From a virus: DNA of 64,000 bases. This document shows positions 57,753-64,000 of this stretch, one piece after another. The notes beneath the pieces are model-generated. The model was not told where the DNA came from, did not search any database, and worked only from the letters and a program-made list of their open reading frames with translations. Location: the IMG/VR virus record IMGVR_UViG_3300018432_000001, positions 64,001 to 128,000 of that record; one strand, written 5' to 3'. Every line of letters starts with the position of its first letter. Positions within the stretch are counted from its first letter, which is position 1. A program made the position numbers and the translations under genes.

Positions 57753-58157
57753 CTACCGCGTGCCGCCCAGCTCGCCGAGTTCACCGAGGATGTCACCGGT
57801 GATTCCCGGGCTCGGGCCGACGTAGTTCAGGCACACGCAGAGCACGGTGTGGTATCCGGTGATCGTTCCTTCGTCGTTCCACTGGTTGGGCTGCTGGAGC
57901 GGTTTGATGCAGGCGCCGCTGCGGTCGTGGAAGTTCGCGCCGTGCCCGCACTCGCAGATCGGCCGCTTCGCGTTCAGCCGGGCCTGTTCGAGTTCGAGCT
58001 TCTTCTTCTCCAACTCGAAGGCGCGCTTGAGCTGCGCCGCTTTGAGCTCGTGGCGGCCTTTGAACCGGGCGCCGGTGGAGGGACCCAGGATCATGGCCAG
58101 CACGACGATAGTTCAGAAGAAGCCTTCGGAGAAGATCGCGTCGATCAGCGGTTCCAC
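57753..58157 (-). pseudogene. membrane-anchored coiled-coil protein interrupted by an in-frame TGA at codon 15
   Basis: GGAGG RBS and GTG at 58157: MEPLIDAIFSEGFF*TIVVLAMILG...; C-terminal CECGH...H. Confidence 0.6.
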
Positions 58158-58247
58158 GGTCGGCCTCCGGGGGAGTGAGGTGTCATAATCATCTTTCTCG
58201 GGAGGGTGAGGGCCGCGCGGGTGAGGACACGGCCGCGCGGCCCGACA

Positions 58248-58781
58248 TCAGGATTCGACGCTGGCCGCTTCAGCAGCTTCCAGCTCCGCGATCTTAGCCT
58301 TGGCAAGCTTCTCGTTCTCCACCATGGCGTCCCACGCGGACAGCAGCTTCTCGCCGTCCAGCGCCTTCGGCTCGTAGGTGCGCAGATTGAAGCCGGTCAG
58401 GACGACCGGCCCGAACACCGGGGTGCCGTGCTGGAAGGGGGTGCGCGTCTCGTTCGCGATCAGCATGGCCGCGACCGCGTTGAACCGCTCGGGGTCGGCG
58501 CGGTGGTAGTCGGCGGTGTTGCAGAAGTACGCGTGCCCGCTGGCGCGGAACTTGAAGACCGTGTCGGCGTCGCCGCCGGTGACCTTGTCGAAGAACGCGA
58601 ACCAGTCCCGGTGGTCGTCGCCCAGGCCGACCTTGTCGCAGTCGTAGAGGGTGACGTGCCGTTCCAAGTCGATGACCATGATCGGGCGCGCAACGACCGC
58701 GAGGGTGTCGCGGAAGACGGGGTCGTCGATGGCCACCTGGCGCGTCGGCTCGGTCGCGGGGATTTCGGGGGTCTCAGACAT
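58248..58781 (-). CDS. DUF3846-like hypothetical protein (177 aa)
   Basis: N.VA..L.......VFGPVVLTG; overlaps the helicase stop. Confidence 0.55.
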   Translation of the reverse strand: MSETPEIPATEPTRQVAIDDPVFRDTLAVVARPIMVIDLERHVTLYDCDKVGLGDDHRDWFAFFDKVTGGDADTVFKFRASGHAYFCNTADYHRADPERFNAVAAMLIANETRTPFQHGTPVFGPVVLTGFNLRTYEPKALDGEKLLSAWDAMVENEKLAKAKIAELEAAEAASVES

Positions 58782-60294
58782 GGTCGCCTGCTTTCTTGAG
58801 TTCACGTTGGTACCAGCGTTGCAGCTGGTCTTCGGTCGCCTCACCGGCGAGGTAGTCGTCGATCCAGGCGATGGCCTGGTCGTCGAGGTGCTGCTGGGCG
58901 CGGGTGACCGCGACGTAGCACAGCTGCAGCAAGGCGGGGTCCATCGGACGCAGCTTCCCTTCGCCGTCCAGTGACGGTTCGGGGAAGTCGGCGCCGATCT
59001 TGACCCGAGGGTACTGCAGGCCCTTGGCGCCGTGCCCGGTCATGACCGTCAGATCGACCGGTCCCTTGTCGGTGTCCTTGAACTGCTTGGCGATCTTCAG
59101 CAGCTGGGCGGCACCCCACTTCTCGACCAGGCGCACGAACACGGCCAGTTCACCGGCGGTCGGGTCGGACTCGACGTAGTGCAGCACCTCCCGCCAGGAG
59201 CCGAACGTCGCCAGCTCGGGGTAGTCGCATTGCAGTCCGGCCTGCAGGTCCAGGGCCGCTTTGCACATCTTCTTGATGTTGTCCGACACCCGCTTGGCCA
59301 TGCCGACACGCCGCCCGGCCACCAGCGCCGTGTGGGCGGCCTCGACGGCACCGGAGTTGGTGCGGCACAGGATGACGTCGGGCTCATGCAGGGGGCCGAC
59401 CGTTCCACCGTCGCCTCGGCCCCTCAGGCGCAGGTCGCAGTCGAGGGCGGCCAGCCACTGGTTGGCGCGGTCGGCGATGGCCGGACCGAACCGGAACGAT
59501 TCGGTGAGGCTCAGGCGCTGGTCGGCGGGCCACTTCGCGAGCGCGTCCTGGGCACCGCGCCAGGCGTACAGGGTCTGGTTGACGTCGCCGACGGCGATGA
59601 GTTGGCACTGCTGGCGGGTGAGGACGTCGAGCATGAGCGCGTCGATGTCCTGCCCTTCGTCGAGCATGATGAAGTTGACCTTGAGCTTGGGGTTCTTCAG
59701 TGCCCACATCTTCCGGTAGTGATCGTGGGTGAATTCGGCGCGGTCGGAGTGGGGGTCTTGCAGGTCGGTCCACATGGCTTTCGCGAACGGCAGCACGTGC
59801 GCTTTCAGCGCCTTGTGGGCGTCGGGGTCGATGCCCTCGACGGGGCCCACGTGCCAGGCGGTCAGCTCGCGGTCGGCCGAGCGCGCGAAGCGCTGCACCG
59901 CGAGCTTGGCGAGGATGGCGACGCCGATGGAGGTGATGGTGCGGTCGGGGGCCGGGGCGAACGGTTTCGTGCCGAACGCGTCGGCCAGCTGTGCGCCGTT
60001 GCGCCCGGTGTCCCGGCCGCTCCAGCGGCGCGCGTAGTGGCGGCCGACGTCCATGGCCACGCTGTGGCTGGTGTGGCATTCGACGGTGCCGGGGAAGTGT
60101 TGCTTCGCGTCGGCGCGGTTGTTCTTGCCGAACGCGATGTACAGGCCCATCTTCAGGCGCCGCTCTTTGGCTTGGGCGCCCAGCAGCAGTGTCGCGGTTT
60201 TACCGGTTCCGGCCAGGGCCTGCACGGCGACGTTCTTGCCTTCCTCGATCGCGGTGACGATCCGGTCCTGCTCATCGGTGGGCGTGAAGGTCAT
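58774..60294 (-). CDS. UvrD/Rep-like superfamily 1 helicase
   Basis: ALAGTGKT, LDEGQD, VGD.NQ.LY.WRGA, LTESFRFG, LCRTN, T.H.AKGL.Y, YVAVTRA. Confidence 0.92.
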   Translation of the reverse strand: MTFTPTDEQDRIVTAIEEGKNVAVQALAGTGKTATLLLGAQAKERRLKMGLYIAFGKNNRADAKQHFPGTVECHTSHSVAMDVGRHYARRWSGRDTGRNGAQLADAFGTKPFAPAPDRTITSIGVAILAKLAVQRFARSADRELTAWHVGPVEGIDPDAHKALKAHVLPFAKAMWTDLQDPHSDRAEFTHDHYRKMWALKNPKLKVNFIMLDEGQDIDALMLDVLTRQQCQLIAVGDVNQTLYAWRGAQDALAKWPADQRLSLTESFRFGPAIADRANQWLAALDCDLRLRGRGDGGTVGPLHEPDVILCRTNSGAVEAAHTALVAGRRVGMAKRVSDNIKKMCKAALDLQAGLQCDYPELATFGSWREVLHYVESDPTAGELAVFVRLVEKWGAAQLLKIAKQFKDTDKGPVDLTVMTGHGAKGLQYPRVKIGADFPEPSLDGEGKLRPMDPALLQLCYVAVTRAQQHLDDQAIAWIDDYLAGEATEDQLQRWYQRELKKAGDHV

Positions 60295-60715
60295 CGGCTC
60301 CCTTTCTGCGGGCGGCGCGGCGCATTGACTGCTGCTGACATTGCAGCCGGTAGCGCAGCACCTGCAAGTCGGTGTAGGCCAGCTGGAGACGGTGCGTCGA
60401 GGGCGCCCACGCGCACCAGCGTTCAGCGCGCAGGTGCACGTGGGTGGCGTCGTGACGCGCGGACAGGCCCGAGCTGATACCGAAGAGGTAGCCGTTCTCG
60501 GGGCTGAACTGCCACACGCTGCAGAACCAGCGGGTGGCGTCGCGCAGGACGGCCAGGATCGGTGCGACCTCGGCGCGTTCGATCGACCAGGCGGCGCCGG
60601 TGCGCCGGAAGCGGTGCTCGGGCGTGCCGTCGGCCCCCAGGGGGGCGTGCAGAATGAAACTGGCGGGGCGCATTTCGGCGCTCCAGCCGCCCATGTCCGG
60701 CTTCGGGTCGATCAT
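60272..60715 (-). CDS. hypothetical protein (~147 aa)
   Basis: AAGGA RBS; upstream of the helicase. Confidence 0.5.
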   Translation of the reverse strand: MIDPKPDMGGWSAEMRPASFILHAPLGADGTPEHRFRRTGAAWSIERAEVAPILAVLRDATRWFCSVWQFSPENGYLFGISSGLSARHDATHVHLRAERWCAWAPSTHRLQLAYTDLQVLRYRLQCQQQSMRRAARRKGADDLHAHR

Positions 60716-60878
60716 GGTTCCTTGTCGTGGCCTCATGTGAATAGTTCAGCGTAGACCTACCCGGCAGCGAATGCGCGTTCGACTCGCTACCGAATGTGAG
60801 GATCGTTAGCGGCCAGCATAGCGGCCCACGGGGGACAAGGAAAGGGCCCCGGAGACACCCCCACCTCCGAGGCCCACG

Positions 60879-60952
60879 TCGGGCTGACAGGATTCGAACC
60901 TGCGACCCCCCGCTCCCAAAGCGGGTGCGCTACCAAACTGCGCCACAGCCCG
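60879..60952 (-). tRNA. tRNA-Pro(TGG)
   Basis: CGGGCTG...CAGCCCG-A; anticodon arm CCCGC-TTTGGGA-GCGGG. Confidence 0.95.
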
Positions 60953-60993
60953 GAAGGCGCCAGCGTGCGGGCGCTGGCGCCGGTCCCTGCGAG

Positions 60994-61064
60994 AGCCCTC
61001 GCGGGGAATCGAACTCCGGTCGCTCGCTTACGAGGCGAGTGCTCTGCCACTGAGCTACAAGGGC
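60994..61064 (-). tRNA. tRNA-Thr(CGT)
   Basis: GCCCTTG...CGAGGGC-T; arm CTCGC-CTCGTAA-GCGAG. Confidence 0.92.
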
Positions 61065-61065
61065 G

Positions 61066-61138
61066 AGCGGCAACCGGGGATCGAACCCGAGACCTTCTGG
61101 TTGGAAGCCAGACGCTCTACCAGCTGAGCTACTGCCGC
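61066..61138 (-). tRNA. tRNA-Gly(TCC)
   Basis: GCGGCAG...TTGCCGC-T; arm TCTGG-CTTCCAA-CCAGA. Confidence 0.94.
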
Positions 61139-61139
61139 G

Positions 61140-61212
61140 TGCCCAAGGCAGGATTCGAACCTGCAACCTTCCGGTCCGGAACCGGATGCTCTGTCCGTTG
61201 AGCTACCTGGGC
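61140..61212 (-). tRNA. tRNA-Arg(CCG)
   Basis: GCCCAGG...CTTGGGC-A; arm TCCGG-TTCCGGA-CCGGA. Confidence 0.93.
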
Positions 61213-61315
61213 ATTGTGTACAGCAGTTCCGGCTGCTGCACTGCTTCCCTTTCACGCCCTACCGCCGGAGCAGCTTTGCGGCAGTACCGCTGTGCGAGCC
61301 CAAGGAGCCGGGCCG

Positions 61316-61389
61316 TACCCAGGGTGGGACTTGAACCCACACTGTGCGGTGTTTGAAGCCGCTGCCTCTGCCGATTGGGCTACCCGGGC
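61316..61389 (-). tRNA. tRNA-Leu(CAA), atypical anticodon arm
   Basis: Leu-type D-arm GCCCAATCGGCAGAGGC; arm GCGGC-TTCAAAC-ACCGC with a C31:A39 mismatch. Confidence 0.8.
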
Positions 61390-61435
61390 GTGTTCCTCTA
61401 CTGTCACCGTCACCCTACGCGATGCGGCGGTGGTG

Positions 61436-61507
61436 TGCTCAGGGAGGGATTTGAACCCCCAACCCTCGGTATGTGACACCGATGCGCTGCCATTGCGCCA
61501 CCCGAGC
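61436..61507 (-). tRNA. tRNA-Val(CAC), atypical loop
   Basis: GCTCGGG...CCTGAGC-A; arm TCGGT-GTCACAT-ACCGA (G32/U38). Confidence 0.82.
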
Positions 61508-61649
61508 CGGTCGCGGCCGGTCGCGCGCCGCCTGCTCACCATACCGCTCGTGGGTGCCAGCACCAACAGGTTTTTGGTGGGGCGCAACGGGTCGAAGGTT
61601 GCGCCCCGGATAGAGAAAGGCGATCCCACTGTAGCAGCAGGAAGCGCCG

Positions 61650-61931
61650 CTACAGCCGCTGCTGTTGCTGCTGTTGCTGCGCGATGAGCGCGGTGTTCGC
61701 GGCGGTGTTCTTCAGGTTGATGTCCTGGTTGGCCTCGCGCACCAGGCGGCTCATGCGGAACATGTCGACGAACCACAGGATGAACAGGCCGCCGAAGGAG
61801 ACGCTGTACTTCACGCCGCGCGACGTGTCGCCCAGGTAGTAGTGGTGGGCGCCGACCCAGCCGAGAGTCCAGTACCACAGGTAGGCGCGGCCAAGGGTCT
61901 TGTTCTTCTGGTAGCCGTGAACGGGGGGCAT
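61650..61931 (-). CDS. TM2 (NINE) domain membrane protein
   Basis: AYL....LG..GAH.YYLG....G......GG....W..D. Confidence 0.85.
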   Translation of the reverse strand: MPPVHGYQKNKTLGRAYLWYWTLGWVGAHHYYLGDTSRGVKYSVSFGGLFILWFVDMFRMSRLVREANQDINLKNTAANTALIAQQQQQQQRL

Positions 61932-62454
61932 AAGAGCTCCTTCAGAGGGGCGCCGGGGCGCGGTGAGATTGTTTCACCCATGGTACGACCGAGGGCCGCC
62001 AGCGCGGTGCTGGCGGCCCTAACGGGTCCATGGGTGGGGTGCAGCAGGTTTCGACTACTGCACCCCGTTTCGAGCGGACACCCATGATCAAGGCGTTTCT
62101 CGTCGCGCCCCGGGAGAGGCACGAGTAGGTGACCCGGGGGCGGCGGTTCGAACGCCGCTCCCGGGGGGAGCCCATCCTGTGTGCACCAGGGCGGTCTCCA
62201 TTCGCTACTGCCAGGAGAAGGCTACGTAGCAGGGGCGGCGGTTGCAGTCGCCGCGCCTTTTTGCGAGTGATACCCAAGGTCAAGGCATCCATTCGGCCCC
62301 GCGTCCCGTGAGAGACGCAAGTAGTGGTGCGCCTGTGAAAAGACCGCGTCAATCCCATGAACCAGTCTTCCTTCGCACAACGGGGGTCGTGCGTGCGCCA
62401 GGCGCGACGCAGCACCGACTGTACCGCACCCGTTGCAGATCAGGCGAACAACCC

Positions 62455-62691
62455 TCACGAGTGACGAGTCGAGCGGCGACGGGCCGCATCGTCGAGGCGC
62501 TCGGCCGATCGTTCCTGGGGCGCGTGCGCGCCTTCATGGGCGTCCTCGCGCAGGCACCCCTGCGGGTAGCGGGCCCGGAAGGCGCGGGCAGTGAGCGCAC
62601 CGCACCGGCCCGCCTCGGCGGCGTCGCTGCGCCCCCGGGGGACGGTCTCGGTGAACTCCTCGATGGCGATCCGGTCAAGCCACGCAGTCAT
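62455..62691 (-). CDS. hypothetical protein (78 aa)
   Basis: GGAGG RBS; ATGA overlap. Confidence 0.5.
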   Translation of the reverse strand: MTAWLDRIAIEEFTETVPRGRSDAAEAGRCGALTARAFRARYPQGCLREDAHEGAHAPQERSAERLDDAARRRSTRHS

Positions 62692-63197
62692 GCTTCCTCC
62701 AGCGGTGTCGGCGGCTCCCAGACCCAGTCGGTCGCGCAGACCGTGGCGGGAGGCTCGTAGGCCAACGGAGGACCGGGCATCGTGTAGGCATCGATGCTGG
62801 TACCGCTGGCGGTGAAGGCAAGGACGTAGTCCTCGGGGTCGAGACCCATCTGCTCCAGCTGCGGGCGCAGCAGGTCGCGGTAGAGCTCGTCGAGTCTCCC
62901 CGACATGGCCGTGGCAATCGGGTCCGGAAGCGGCTCGTTGTAGGGCGCGTCGAAGACCTCGCCGGTGGCAGGCACGTACTGGCCACGGAACGGCGCGTGA
63001 TCCATCCAGTGGTTGCCGACGCGCATAGGAGCAATGAGCTCGGGCGGCATCGCCACCATCAGTGCCAGCGGCAGCCGCTGCAGGTCGGGGTCGTCGCGCA
63101 TGAGCCGCGCGGTGCGGGCGGTTCCCCACTCCCAGCACCCGCGCACGAAGCGGGCCCGCGCGCCTCGCCGTTCGGCCTTGGTCGTGCGCTGGCCCAT
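62688..63197 (-). CDS. hypothetical protein (169 aa)
   Basis: TGATG coupling to the upstream gene. Confidence 0.6.
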   Translation of the reverse strand: MGQRTTKAERRGARARFVRGCWEWGTARTARLMRDDPDLQRLPLALMVAMPPELIAPMRVGNHWMDHAPFRGQYVPATGEVFDAPYNEPLPDPIATAMSGRLDELYRDLLRPQLEQMGLDPEDYVLAFTASGTSIDAYTMPGPPLAYEPPATVCATDWVWEPPTPLEEA

Positions 63198-63433
63198 CAC
63201 AGGGCCTCGTCGATCAGCAGCCGCTCGGTGGGCACGAAGAGGCCCGCGTCCCACCGCCAGACCACCCATTCGGGGGCGCTTCCTTCGGCGACGGCCGCTT
63301 TGATGGCGTCGTACAGCTGCGGCGGGACGATGGTGGGGCGCGGCTGCAGGCTGGCCGCGTACGCGCGACGGCAGTCCTCGGCGTAGGCCTCGATGGCGGC
63401 GAGCACGTCGCCCGTGCTCTGCGGCATGCTCAT
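63197..63433 (-). CDS. hypothetical protein (78 aa)
   Basis: Overlaps both neighbours. Confidence 0.6.
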   Translation of the reverse strand: MSMPQSTGDVLAAIEAYAEDCRRAYAASLQPRPTIVPPQLYDAIKAAVAEGSAPEWVVWRWDAGLFVPTERLLIDEAL

Positions 63434-63885
63434 GGCCCGGTCACGTCCTTGGTGATGAGCTTGACGTGGGGTCCGATGGCCGGGTCCGAGATGCGGTACA
63501 TGTCGCCGCCGTAGTAGCCGTTGGAGGCGTTGCGGAAGGAGACGGCCGCCGAGACCGGGCCGAAGGCGACGCTGGTGGTGGTGAGGCGGTACCCGTAGAC
63601 CTTGACCTCGTCGTAGTCGACGTTGCCCACGCCCTCCTCCCAGGTCTCGGGCCGGTAGCCCGGATCGCCGGGGGAGAGGTCGACTGCCTCGAAGCCGGTG
63701 ACGAGTTCACGGGCGAGCAGGTTCTTGACACCGTAAAAATCATGGAAGTAGGAGCGGGAGCAGCAGTCACCTTCGACGCAGTAGCCGACCAAGCCCCGGT
63801 CGGTGTCGAAGATGAGCTGCTCCTCGCCCATGTAGATCGCATAGATCCGTGCGCCGATGAGCGCGTCGTAGTCGCGGGGATACAT
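63430..63885 (-). CDS. conserved phage hypothetical protein (151 aa)
   Basis: GAGAGG RBS; EGDCCS, YGY, FRN.SNGYYGG motifs common in phage proteins. Confidence 0.7.
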   Translation of the reverse strand: MYPRDYDALIGARIYAIYMGEEQLIFDTDRGLVGYCVEGDCCSRSYFHDFYGVKNLLARELVTGFEAVDLSPGDPGYRPETWEEGVGNVDYDEVKVYGYRLTTTSVAFGPVSAAVSFRNASNGYYGGDMYRISDPAIGPHVKLITKDVTGP

Positions 63886-64000
63886 GCCCGGCCTCTCACT
63901 GGAAGAAAACTCAAGACGCCACGAAAGCGGCGATGTCTCTCATTATCGGACATTCCAGTGTGATTGGGGTATTGCTTTAGCGGTGTGCCGCGAGCCTTTC

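Noticed and set aside
62036-62066. GGGG...GGTTTCGAC resembling a tmRNA 5' end
   Set aside because: Pairs locally as a hairpin; no tag reading frame ending in ALAA and no distal 3' acceptor end found

Overview
High-GC actinobacterial tailed phage (siphovirus-like) sequence, probably a temperate plasmid-prophage of a filamentous actinomycete. Layout: (1) 1-6.6 kb, minus strand: tRNA-Tyr, large terminase (opposite in orientation to the head genes), HIT hydrolase, DUF6879-like protein, alpha/beta hydrolase. (2) 6.7-38.4 kb, plus-strand virion region resembling mycobacteriophage cluster-B / Streptomyces phage modules: portal, maturation protease, hexamer and pentamer capsid proteins, PKD-extended major tail protein, three proteins with 12 FN3 repeats in total, coiled-coil fibre, connectors, tape measure, minor tails and two GDPD-fold paralogues. 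It is interrupted by an antisense initiator-type tRNA-Met and an antisense parA cassette. (3) 38.4-64 kb, mostly minus-strand early/accessory genes: Cas4-like nuclease, Sak4-like ATPase, SSB, a toxin-antitoxin pair, RusA-like resolvase, sulfotransferase, replication initiator with internal repeats, XRE-TPR regulator, GH26-like hydrolase, UvrD-like helicase and six tRNAs. I recognised no integrase, endolysin, small terminase or DNA polymerase in the window. Best novelty candidates: an apparently split Ig/PKD domain (a shared 23-aa C-terminal half-domain on two tail proteins and the complementary half at the N-terminus of an FN3 protein), a ~310-nt hairpin train divergent from terL, and a recurring ATGTCCGNTTT-like motif at promoters. 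All family calls come from motifs read by eye, not database searches.
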